From NCBI RefSeq assembly GCF_000002075.1, contig NW_004797465.1:1013674-1077673 (forward strand): DNA of 64,000 nucleotides, read 5' to 3'. The translations under genes and the position numbers were made by a program. This DNA comes from Aplysia californica (taxonomy: Eukaryota). This document shows positions 1 through 12,700 of the stretch, one piece after another; positions within the stretch are counted from its first letter, which is position 1; the number at the start of each line of letters is the position of its first letter. Below the pieces are notes generated by a model. The model was not told the origin of the DNA, made no database searches, and saw only the letters and a program-made list of their open reading frames with translations.

Positions 1-195
1 TATAAATATTTACGGCGGACATTTTTTGGACCGATTGAACCATATTGTATACGAACAATCTTTGGTAGGCCCATACTATAATTATAGATCTCTATATAAT
101 ATCCGAAATTTGGGGGAAAGGATGATATTTCAGAGTGTTCGGAGAAATAGTGCCCAGCTTTATTTTCCCGAACGTTCGGAGAAATAGTGCCGGCC
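1..195. mobile_element. Right end of a Mutator-like non-autonomous element (runs off the window)
   Basis: Ends in GGCC after a repeated gttcggagaaatagtgc motif and a subterminal imperfect palindrome (161-186). Same end architecture as the 9-bp-TSD elements at 59949-62380. The TSD cannot be checked. Confidence 0.45.
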
Positions 196-670
196 AAAAA
201 AAAATCCCCTATTGAAAACATTGAAAGGATGTTATGCGATACTTTTTCGACACGGGCAAAATTGTTCGCATAGCCATCGTATCGTTTGTTTTTAGTGTTG
301 TGTCTTATCTTTATTTAATCAAAGGCAACGACCACTCGTCAACTTTTCTCTCTTTAATGACAATGATATTATATATACACCAGTCTTTTCGGCACGGTTT
401 AATTATCAAAGCGTTAATTGGTGGGTGTTTATTACAAGTATAATGGCCTGTCACAGCAATGGGCCAACTTCTTCCTCAATTATTGTTATGATGTCACAAA
501 CTTTGACCCGGAAATTATCTTTCGTTGTCTATTATTGTCAACTAACTTCCAACCAACACCAACATGAACAAGGAAGTATAAAGCAATGTAATTTCCCGTC
601 GTTTCTAGAGAAAACGTCAAGTTTGTCGACATCAAATTGACGGATCGTTCACAAATTTAACAAATACAAA

Positions 671-750
671 ATGCCTGCCCCACCTATGAAAGATATATAC
701 ATCGGCACTGTTTTTGTGCTATTTGGGCTTGTGAAAGTTATGTGCGATCG
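671..750 (+). CDS. SLC35F6: SLC35F6-like coding exon 1 (MPAPPMKDIYIGTVFVLFGLVKVMCD-R, TM1)
   Basis: caaaATG start, a hydrophobic helix, and donor CG|gtgagt in phase 2 matching the next exon. Confidence 0.75.
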
Positions 751-3700
751 GTGAGTTGGTTCTTCTTCTAACTTTTAAAATTGTTTTTATTTTATCATCG
801 TTTCAAATTCTTTGTTGAAAATAGACTGGTTGTAAGTTCGACGTGGTCGACATACACTGAGTGGGGACATGAAAAGATCGAGCTCATTTTCTGTGTCCAT
901 CGATAGTAATGAGCCATTTTAAAAGTTATTTCCCGTGGCCGTGAAGAACTTGTTTTGAAAGTTTTCAAAGTTATCAAAGTAGATTTGGAAAGGCTATCTC
1001 CTAGATCTAGAATAGATCTAGATATCTAGATCTAGATCTATTTTAGTAAGAGAGTAGAATCGAAGTATGAGAAAAGTCAACAGGGAAGTAAAATGAAATT
1101 TTTTATTCCTTTGAAATAAAAACAAACACAAAGGATAGTTCGAAGAATGTATATTATATTCGGTACTTTGCCAGGAAAGGGGAAATTCCATCCACCAACG
1201 AAGAGTTTAAGTGTCAAGTTACTTGCAACCAGAAACATTTCTTTGTCAGTTGATCAGCCAATCAGAAAAATTAATTGCTATGACGAAGAACAATCGCAGT
1301 GTTTTAAGCATTTTGTCTTCCTTCGCTAATCTTCCCTTTCACTCCTCTCTCTTGCCCTGTCTCTGCTGCGCCTGCGCTATTTCTTGTGTCTACTGCTTAC
1401 TACCGTTGTTGTACAACTTTTTATTCACATTGTGTTAAAACTGCTATTTTGAATTAAATACAATATTTGCTGCATTTTATTGTTGTTTTGTACACTGAAT
1501 GCCCCACTGTTCAAAAATTGTCTTTGTTCAGATCTACACCTTGTCAAGAAAATTCGCCTCTCTTGTCAGGGAACTTTACCACATAGTCGCACACAGTTCT
1601 ATTTATTTTCCATTTGTTATTTTACTTAGATAAATACAATTCTATTATGGGGAAAACAAGCAAGGGAATCAATAACAAGTATACTTAAAGTGATTTGGAG
1701 AAAGCTGTTGAAGCTATTTAAGGTGGACAAAGCTGCTCTGGGGCAGCCTGAGAATTTAGTAGTCCCAAAAACCTCTTGCCAACTAGATTCTATGTCTCTG
1801 GGCGATCTACTTTTTGGAATGAGGGCTGGGTGGGTGAGAATTAAAACTATTGACATCGACGGTGCGCGATGTTAACAGCAGTGCTGTGGCCGATATCGTT
1901 TTTAAAAAAATAAATTTCTCAAATGAAAGATTATACATCGTATTACTCATTACCAGTAAAACCTCGAGTGTCACAAATGAAGTTTTACAATAAAAAAACG
2001 TTTGTATACTAAACGCGCATTCCAATTGCTGGTTCATCTTGGGTTGTGCGAAGCATGTGGGGGCGTGTGCTTTTCGCGTTACTAGTCTTGAGATGCTTAG
2101 CGTGTAAGTGATAGCGAACTATAGTACGTCGCTATGGTGTATGAGCACTCGCTATTCAGAGGCAGACGATTTGCGAAGCTGCCGCCCTCGATTGATTAAA
2201 ATGGGGCTAGAAAAGGGACATTATATTATTATAATTATATGTGAAATATAGTAGTTCTAAGTCAAAACTTTTTCTTTTAATGAATATTTAATGTAGGGAG
2301 GGTGTCTGTATCACTATGACTCTTATAGGTCCCATAGCCTCTCTCACCTTGAGGAATACCCTTGTTTTGGTCTGATTATTTAATCAGCCTCCAAAATGAA
2401 ATTGAGTATGAATGTATGCGTTCCATTGTTCTCATCGGCAAAGCATTTTTGATACCGGCATTTCAATTTGACATATATAGTAACTTTTAGTAGACAGTTT
2501 CCGTTACTGTATTTTAAATATTTTAATAATTTAGATTTATTGGGATACATATATAGCCTACTTGTACTCACAATTAATGAGAATCCACGCAAAATTCAAA
2601 ATCAATTCCATTTAAAGTTTTTTTGGGGAAAAGTGGCGACCGAGTGTCATGTCACGAAGTATGGTAACGATATACCATCACCACTTTTAGCCATTTTAGG
2701 TAGGAAGTCTTTAAATTTTTCAGGCATATAATCTTTATAATAGGGGGTAAAAAAAGCACCACAAAAGCACTCAAAACAAATGTTATCCAATACAATCAGA
2801 AGCCTTCAGATTATATAATCAGAATCAGAGCAAAAACAAAGCTAACAGAAACTTTAATGTTTATATATCTTCCCTGTGTACCAGTGCAAGGGCTTGTTCT
2901 TTTTGTATATAATGATTCTGTATTTAAAGATGACCATTAATTTCCATTCATTGTTACGGGTACGAGCTTGCCTCAAAGTCAAAAGTGCAATAAATCCTTA
3001 GTAGGAATCCAGGTAAGCCTTGGTGACAGGCTCTGCTTCTGAAATGACCTACAGTAGGGTAGGCCTACCTTGTGTTCACTGAGGAGTTTAACCTAAACAA
3101 AAAACTATATTCAGATTCAGACAAAGAGAGGAAAACGAATTTTTTTTCCCCGGCGCTGACATCATTTGTTCATGATTACTATTTACTATTTCATTTAAGC
3201 TAATCAAAGTAGCCTAGAGTGTACAATGAACTACTAAATTCAAAATGGTAGTAGTCAATCTTTCTACTTTCAGCTTTCTGAATATTTTGATAAAAAGAGA
3301 AAACTCCTCATATAGTATTGCCCGCCCCCACTAAAAGAAACCCCGAAAAAGACCCCCCCCCCAAAAACGTATTTGGCGCTCATATGACCTTATGCAGTTG
3401 CGAGCGCCGTAAGACACTTACCAAAAAAAAAAACCCCCCAAAAAAAAAGGGGAAAAATAAAAGCAACTAGGGGTAAATAAGAATGAAAAAAAAAATGAGC
3501 AGTATTTTAATGGTCAGTATCACCACCGAGAACTACTACAGTTAAACTCTACCGGTACTACAACCACTGCTCAAGGTCCTGTTGTGTAGGACTGCCACTG
3601 CCGTTACATTAACTGTGTGTAAAATACTCATTATAAAATCAACAAGCCTATACGGCCAGCTGCCGCTAATTAATTACATGTATACTACTGAACACATTGA

Positions 3701-6700
3701 AGTTTTGGAATCGCTTGTTTCCAAGCTTTTTGTGATGCCAGAGCGTGCAGGGGAAGAAGACAGTGCCTTGCGCCTCCCAGGGTTGGCACTCGACGTATTG
3801 GGCTGTATTGGGCAATGTTATCCGTGCAGGGTCTCAGGCTGGGCTGAGCGTGAGCGTATAGGGGAAGCGCAAGATAAGGGAATGTTATCCGTGTAAGGGC
3901 TGAAAAAGACACCTTTTTTCTTGATGTGGAAGAAACATACACTCCCATCATGTGTATTGTCTTATAAAAATCCCCATATGTTGAAACCGTTACTCTGCTA
4001 AAACGCATTTTGAAATAAATTAGTTTTTTTTTTCTCCTGAAAAATTTGCGAAGAATGCCTTGCACGGTTAACATCGCGCACCGTCAATATGCGGGTTTCC
4101 CTTTAACAAAAGATCAGTTTTTACATGTTGTTTAATAATTTACACATGCATAATGAAATAAGATTATCTCCAAGTACAGCAAATTCCCCTTAAAGGACTG
4201 GCAAATTTCCCTGATATGGTGGCAAAGTTCCCTGTCACCACATCCACTTGAAAAAAGAATGAGGCAGCTGAAGTACGACTTGCAAGCAAACTTATCAGTG
4301 AACTATCTGCATTTACATTTGCTACGAAAAGTTGCTGACGAAACTTGAATCATATACGTTGAGCATAGTGGTGTAGACTTGTTTCATCGTGAGCCAACTG
4401 AGAGTTGCGAAGTTACCCGAATCTACTCTAGCTAATAGGTACATGGCTTTGAAATTGAGGAAGAATCCAAGCTACCATTTATTGGAATGTCTTGTTTTGG
4501 TGTAAGTGTTAGGGCACTCGCAACTGCCTATGGTCATTTGAGGGTGCGCGACACATTAAACATTTTCAGTTGGTAGGAAATTTTTAATTTTGCCCGGGTG
4601 GCAGCGGAAGCCTACTCTTATCGATTTTGGACCGCTAAGGGATCTTTAACGTGCGCAACTTGCACACTGGACCTCTGAGATTTTTCACCCACAACCGAGA
4701 AGGCTAGGTGTTAGTTCTTACCTACAATAAGATCAGGGGTGTGGTTGAAAGACAGCAGTAAGAAGGAGCCAAGAAATAGCAGTAGAAAGGCTGCACGAAG
4801 AGGCAGGAGCCCAGAGGAGGGGGCAAAGGAGATGAGGGGGTGGGGGCAGAAAGTGGAGATGAAAGTAAGCGACAAAACATTGCGAGAGAGCAGGAAAGGA
4901 AGTGAAAGGAGACAATTTTGGAGCAGAAAATTTTCCGTCATTTTCCGGATTCGAAGTCGGGGCTTGTTAAATGAGAGGTGAACACCATAACCTCTCGACC
5001 ACGTGAGCCCCCTGTTTATTGTGTTTGTGGAACATCAAAGGCGCTACTCTGTCAAGTTGGAACCCCGTTTTAAGTTCACAGATGTTCATTTTTTATCACC
5101 CTGCCCCCACATTGTGATAGAAGGACAGAGCCCCTCTAAGTTCTTCTGCTTCCTAGATATTCTATATAAGCTTCTTGGATTAGAAGAAAAAAAATAACAA
5201 AGAGATTTTTTGTTTCATTTACATATGGGAAGCGGTTGTTTGTGCAGAGGTGATTGGCTAAAATGGCCATAAGGGCAGGTTCCACTGTACTCTTCAATTG
5301 ACCCCATTTTTTCAATGTGTTGGCAGTTGGCAGAAAGAGCTGATTGTTCAAGGTACCCCAACAAGAAAACCTCATGCTTTTGATCACACCTTTGTGATGG
5401 TAAGTTGCTGTTGATGTACGACAAGTGTGGTCTGCTCCTTCTTTTTTTTTTTGGTATTCACTCAAGTGACACCTCATATCTTCAACACTTTCTTTTATGA
5501 CCTATTAGTGTTGAAAGTGTCCTAAAACTCTTTCTAAAATTGAAACTAAACTAGGTCTTGTGTGTTGCCATCGAATCATAAAAATTATCATGTGATCATC
5601 AAATCATTGAAGTAATTATTTTTGTACTTTTGAGAGTTTTATCACTTTTAGATGGTCAACTAACTGCTGGGTACAATGATCTGAATATGGTTTCCTTCTC
5701 TGCTATATTACATCATATGTCTACTGCAGATGTTCTGCCTATAAAAGAACAAAGATTATGATACTTTTATTTTTCACATCTCTTGTACAATACATTTCTT
5801 TTAAAAGTTTTAAAAATTCAAATTTGTATTTTTGTTTCTAAATCATGCTATAATATATAACCTACTCACCTATAATACTTTGTGAAAGACTTGGATATTT
5901 TCAGCTGTGAGAAAAACCTTTTGGAAGCCATCATTAAACCATTTCCCACTTGCATTACATGTATATAAAAATCTGAATTACCTTATCACTCAGTGAATTG
6001 AGTGAGCTGTAAGAATCAAATTTGTTCCTATCTCTACTAATTTAAGGTCTAGCTATAATGGGTATCATAATATCATCTACAAGAAATATATTTAATATAA
6101 GGGGGATACCTGTTTGGTTGGGGTTTTTGTGTTTTCCAGGTGTGTGTAAGATACTCACGTTAGGTATATGATATAATTCTCTACTGATCTCCCCACTCCC
6201 ACTGGAAAAAGATGAATATGAAATGCATATCTTTTGAACCATGTCAAAAAATAGAAAGAAGTAACACGGAAATTTGACGAAAGGTTATTTAGTTCCATTG
6301 TAAGTTTTTTTTCAGTTTCATTATTCATTGTATTTTTAGTCAAGAAAAGCACATAGACACAATGACTGCCGGGTTTTTAAAAACAAGACACACAAACTGG
6401 AACGACAGAGAGAAAGAAGAGAACTAGGGCCTACCAGTGGCACTCTCCAACCACCCACTTTCTGGTTCCACTGTGCTAAGAAAAAAAATCCTGTTTCTGC
6501 AGTGGTTCCTGAAGCAGCTGATGCAGTTTGGTTTACTTTTCCTATGGATGGCAATTGACAAGAACTGGCTGGGGTTTTCACGGTTTCGTCATGGAGAAGT
6601 GAATCAGCGAGGTAATTAAGAGATGTTTTAAAGGGCAGTCTCACAACAAAATGTTTACCGTTTAGACAATGCTTAGTGGTTGTTAGAGTTTTTGTATTGT

Positions 6701-9700
6701 TTAAAGTTAATGATAATGCTGTTATTGCAGTGTTATTGTTACTTTTGTAGTCCCATTGTTGTTAAAATTGTTGTAGTCCTGCAGCTTGCTAAAGTATGCT
6801 TTTCTCCTCTGTGGGTGGTTGGTGGGTGCTCTGGTGTGGTTTGCTTCTTCTTTCCTATCAAACATCTATCGTCCTTATCTCCCCTCCTTTTTTATGTTTG
6901 TTACTCTCTTGTAACACCTCTAATTTTCTGGCGCTCATATGACCTTATGCTGTTGCAAGCGCTGTAAAACCTCTACTAAAACAAAACATTTTCTCCTCTT
7001 TCAAGGACATATTCTTTAATTCTTCTTCAAAAGATGTACATATATTTTCAAAATTTCCCTGTGACTGAATGTAAGTGGAAGTATAGCTTACTGTGGCAAC
7101 TTTAATGAAAATGCAATTGATATCTAACCTAGATGCCAAGTATCAATGTCTCATTTTAACCATTGAAAGGCTTAATTTTAGGGGTAACAGCTTCTGCATA
7201 GACACAAGCTATGTTATCAAAAATTTTGTTTGACAATTTTTTGTTTTGATATTCCCTTCGTCAGTGGTATGAAGGTATTGCCAACAATTTTTTTTACCTC
7301 TCACTTTGACCATTGCCTTGTTCTATGCATACAACACCTCTAGATTGGGCAATAGACTTCCTTTTCATTGCTATATGGGGAATCTGAAAAATTATATCAA
7401 TATCTTTTTGAAGGGAACTGTTGGACACTAATGTAGTCAGCTTCTTCTACTTCTATGTTGTGCCATTGACCTAATCTGTTGGTTTTGAAATGCAGTTGTA
7501 GTCATGTTGATTTTTTAAATCTGAGTCAACTGAAATAAATGTTAAGAAATTAAATTTAGAGTGTGTGGTGCTGTGGTGTGGTTTTCTCCTTTCCTGTCAA
7601 TAATCTATCATTTTTATATCTCCTCCTTTTTTTGCATGTTTCTCTCTTGAAACATCTCGAATCTTTGGCAATTGGGTTGCAAGGGCCGGAAAATTCCTAC
7701 TACTTAAACAAACAAAAAAACAAGCCAAACTCAGCAAGAAGAAAGTTGTGATGAGTCCAAGCTGTACTGTAAGTCAAGTAAGTAAGACTGCTGTGGTTCA
7801 TGTCTATTCTCATCATCATAGCTGTACTGTAAGTCAAGTAAGTAAGACCGCTGTGGTTCATGTCTATTCTCATCATCATAGCTGTACTGTAAGTTAAGTA
7901 AGTAAGACCGCTGTGGTTCATGTCTATTCTCATCATCATAGCTGTACTGTAAGTCAAGTAAGTAAGACTGCTGTGGTTCATGTCTATTCTCATCATCATA
8001 GCTGTACTGTAAGTCAAGTAAGTAAGACCGCTGTGGTTCATGTCTATTCTCATCATCATAGCTGTACTGTAAGTCAAGTAAGTAAGACCGCTGTGGTTCA
8101 TGTCTGTTCTCATTGTCTCAGGCGAGGATCAGGCGAATCAGCGAGTTGTCGAGATCCTGGCTGGTGCTCCAGACAATCGTGACCATGTTGGAATGAATGT
8201 CGAGGAAGATGACGGGAACATCCAGCAGGAAAATCATCACCCACAAGTCAATGCTGCCGATGACAATGAACGCGCAAATAGAGCTGAGAACAATGGGGAA
8301 GAGGAAGCTCCCACCGCCCGGCTTGTCATAAATGATGACGCTGACAATAATGATGACGTCGCAAATGACGCAAATGCTGGCGATGGAAATGATGCGGAAG
8401 AGGAAGATCGGGTGTTGCAGTTCCCACCAGCCCCTGCGTATCGGCCAAGAGTAAGACGCCAGAAAAAGTACACAAAGCTTTTGTACTTTCCACCAGCATT
8501 CTTTCACGTGTCATTTGTTCTGCTCACGTACTTTGGCATGCAGCTGACATACTCTTCCAGTTTTGGTATGCTCAAAGGTGAGTGTTTTATCATGTAGCTT
8601 GCATAAAGCCTACTTTCAAAAAGGGGTATACTCTCGTATGTAAATGCTATTCATTATTATTATTATCATTGTCAATTATTAATTTTATTATTACTTTAAA
8701 ATTATTTTTTTACTATGTGTATTGAAATATTTTTGCTTTTCCTGAAATTGTATGCATTCAGAAAATTTGAAGTAATGTGCAATTGCTGGCTTTTGTCACT
8801 GACACGGGTGCATGCTTTCTTTTATGTACTGTGATCTTATCTTTATTCTGGTGAGGAATTGTACGGGAATCTGTCAGTTACACTAATTTAATTTAAATTT
8901 GGTTGTATGAAGGTGAATATTTGCTATCACTGAAAAAAACTCAGAATGGAATAAAGTGCAACTTGTGGCTTCAAGCTGGGTGTACATTTTGGCATGTACT
9001 GGTACCAAGAAAATGTTTGGGATCCTTTGATTTTTTTATTTTATTAAATGAAATAAATCGTCGGCAGAGAATTCTAACCGTCCAACTCTGATTTCGTAAA
9101 TTTTGTAGGAGAGACAAAAAACTGAATTCAAAGGCTCTTATGGGGATTTACTGTCTTTAAATGCGCTAGACTGGAATACATGACTCTACTTTTAAGTATT
9201 TAAAACAAAATTGCCGAAATCTTATTTTTTAAGTCCTAAACCAGAGTTATACGGATAGACCGCTCTGTTTTGGATTTCTAAGCGTCCAAGTGTGGACGAA
9301 CGAATTGTTCGTTTAGAATTCTCCAACCCGGAAGGGACGCCACGCGCTTCGTTACGTCTAACTCAGTCATCGTGACACGTTAATGTTACCGAACAACTCG
9401 AAATGACTACACCTGCAGTCAATCCAATAGGAAGCCTACCATAAAAGTTCTAATTAGTACTACATAGTACTGTAGATGTAGAATCTAACAATAATACTGT
9501 TATTATATCTAAAACTGAACTTCACACTTTATTTCCACATAATTCTAATTAGGCAGTGGACTTGTCCACAGATTAAGTGCGTCGTTAAGTTTTTACTATA
9601 AAGCTACTATTTGATCCTCCATTCTCAAGGAAATTGTNNNNNNNNNNNNNNNNNNNNNNNNNNNNNNNNNNNNNNNNNNNNNNNNNNNNNNNNNNNNNNN

Positions 9701-12700
9701 NNNNNNNNNNNNNNNNNNNNNNNNNNNNNNNNNNNNNNNNNNNNNNNNNNNNNNNNNNNNNNNNNNNNNCAGAGAAGAATTTCCGTATACAAATTGTCTT
9801 CTTGGAGCTTCTTTTATGGCTAATTTTTCCTGTTTGAAGTGCAGATTCTGTCGCAGTGCTTACTCTCTCGTCACTAGCATAATAGTTCTTTCATTTATCA
9901 TTTTCCTCCATGTTTTCCTGTCCTCGGTTATTTCTTCACAGATGCTGACATCTACTCCAAGCTTAGATAATCTGTTTTTGCAGATGTCTTTGTACCTCAG
10001 TTTTGACCTTCCCCTTGGTCTCTTTCCATGGGCAAGTTGTCCATAGAGAAATTGCTTCGGAATCCGTTGTCGTCCATTCTCTTGACATGGCCCAGCCATC
10101 TCAATCTTCTTAAACGCAGGATTATTTATAGGGTTGATTCATCATGAGCGACAACAGCAGCATCACCGGCAAAGAAAAGGTCTCATATTGTTGTTTGGTT
10201 TGTTGATTTTGGTCTTGGCTCGAAGTCGAGCAAGATTGAAAAGCGACCCATCAGTTCTCCAGTGGAAGAAACTGAAATGCTTCTAACTCTAAAAACATGA
10301 TTTAACTTGGTTGGAGGACTCTAGAAGTAATATGATTTTTTTTAAGCTCAACTAAACTTCATATAATGCATCCCCACCTAATGTATGGCCTAATTAAATA
10401 ACACATTTTACATAGAAAGTCATCAAGATGAGGTATGCCATAGCAGCATCCAGTGTCAACAGGAATGAATTATCCTCTTGTTCAAGCACCATTATGAGGC
10501 TTTAAAATGCTCTACCCAATGAAGCTAAAGCTCTGGTTAGCGATAAAAAAAACTACTTAAACCAAAACACAATACGCTGCATATTAAATAAGACTTAATC
10601 GTGGGTTTTAACTTGCGCACTGGTGACGTACTCAATTCTAGATTGTCATAGAACTTGTGGTAGTCAGATGGCACAACAGACTTCATTTCTTGCATGTGTT
10701 ATTAAAGTTCTCTATCAACGAATTAAACTTTCTACCCTGGTACAGAGGCAGCCCCTTCATGTCTTTATGGAGAATGTCTGTGGACTCGCTGCGTTTCAAA
10801 GGCAGATGTGACCAGTCATCATCAAATCTCAGTTTGTATTTAATTTGACCATCTGGTGTGTAAACTCTGGTTGGTTAGTTTGATGAAATCAGAAAAGATG
10901 CAATGAGTCAAATACTTGACTACATATGGCTTCACTTTCCTACAATCTTCCATTAGCCTGACATAATCAGCTGGATAGTAGATGTACTGTGAGCACTGTT
11001 CACCTTCATCTGTGTATAGCCCTTCTCTAGGAATTTTAATGTTACAGTTTTACCTTTGACAGAGCTGAAATGTAACGGTGCAGAACTCATTGTGACTTTG
11101 CAGTTCTGATACAGCCACATCCATCTGAATATAATGATCTGGAGTCATATCAGATGACCAAAAATCAGCCACACAAGCAGCAAATTTATTTGCAGTCAGA
11201 GCACCTTCGCATTCATTTGAGACATAACATACGCAATCCTTGCTCTCTAGTTCCTATACTGTGAAATTGTGTACATTCAATTTCGTCTTGTAGTACAAAG
11301 CAGAAGCATTGGTGCGGGGATATAGCTGAACTGATTGCTGGTCCATTTTGATGTATTTGATTTTTTGGCTGCCCATGCATTTTTCCTTGTCTGCTGTCTT
11401 TTTTGTATGCCCCCTCTTCCACATTCCCCTCCTCAAAGCCCACACAAAGATCACACCTATCTTTTCGAGGATGGAACAATGACAGGTTCATAGCATTGAT
11501 CTCCTCTATAAACTTGAAGGTAGAAAGTACTCCCCCCCCCCCCCCACTCATACTTTTCTTTATACAAATGGCGGTACACTGCCTGTAAGCTCTGGAAAAC
11601 AGGTTCCAAGTATAACTTACTGGAGCCCTTCGGCAATAGTGAGATGGCAACTTGGGCAGATCACGAAGAAACTGTTTAAGTACCTTTGATGCTGTAGTCT
11701 CCTCCCTAACCCTTTTTCTCTGAACTGGAACCTTACCCTCTGCTACTCCCAACCCACATGTGAGAACAGTGTGAACACACTAGTAACAAAGTACAGGACT
11801 TAAAAAGAAAGCATTGCACTCTTTGACTCTGGCCCCATTCACTCGCAGATGGTACTTCATGGACCATGATCTTCTGCTTTCTCTCTCCTTTTTCTCCACA
11901 GGCTCGACAGTCAACCAACCCTTTAACAAAAGCAGCCTTTTCTGATTTTGCATTTATTTATAATCAACCGCCTCATTCAGAGCAAAACGTTATCGCCGTG
12001 ATCCACAATGGTGGGCTACCTAAACGAATTAGACGGTTAGAATTCTTCAGTCACGGAAGCTAGTCGGAATATACGGTTAGAATTTCTCTTTAAAACAAGA
12101 CTTTTGTTTGTCAAAATTGTTCTAGATTTTAATAGGACGTAGCCATTCGTCATGTCGATCTATTTTAAGGAAAAAAACAATTAGAGAAAATTTCGGAGTT
12201 AGACGGTTAGAATTCTCTGCCGACAAAATGCAATACAACAGGTAAACTCCAGTTCCAGTCTCTTGTTGTACGCTGGAATCATTTCTGTAGTTCTTGGCCT
12301 ATTTGAATATTTAAGTCACGACCAGACAACACGTGGCCAAGTTCCTCTGGTATCTGTTTGAGCAGCGTCTGCCATGACGGTGTGTTTTCCTGTGTAGGCC
12401 AAAGGCAGAGTGTTGAAGAAACAGTGACAGTCTCTGCCGCTGCATTTGAATATCGTGGTTGCAGGAGGGGTCTGACGACCGTTTTTTCACCTCGCTCTGC
12501 GTTTGTCAGAAGCTACTTGCAGTTGTTCTCCTCAATAATATAATAATGATATTTAAATGCTGTAAGGAAAAAATGGAAACCTCTTCATTTCAATGCAGTT
12601 TTGGCCAGCAACTACCAGTGTGGCCAGCCCTTGGCTTTGGGGAGAGAATATTATTATGCTTAGTGGATGAAAGCATAGCGCCTGATTCTAAGTGTCCCTT

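Larger units (their letters stand above)
9059..12225 (-). mobile_element. Decayed Sola1-like DNA transposon
   Basis: ~33-bp TIRs (gtcggcagagaattctaaccgtc.aactc.ga / inverse), AAAT TSD (9055-9058, 12226-12229; fits the AWWT described for Sola1), extra internal acggttagaatt repeats, and transposase remnants inside. Confidence 0.8.

Noticed and set aside
4443-4501. Alternative first coding exon MALKLRKNPSYHLLECLVL with a phase-2 GTAAGT donor
   Set aside because: The donor comes from the antisense SINE tail and the peptide lacks TM1. Exon 671-750 fits much better. Minor exonisation is not excluded.
7700-8182. Repetitive ORFs (137 aa on -, 89 aa on +), or a CRISPR-like array
   Set aside because: They are by-products of a 60-bp minisatellite with no unique spacers, in an intron of a eukaryotic gene.
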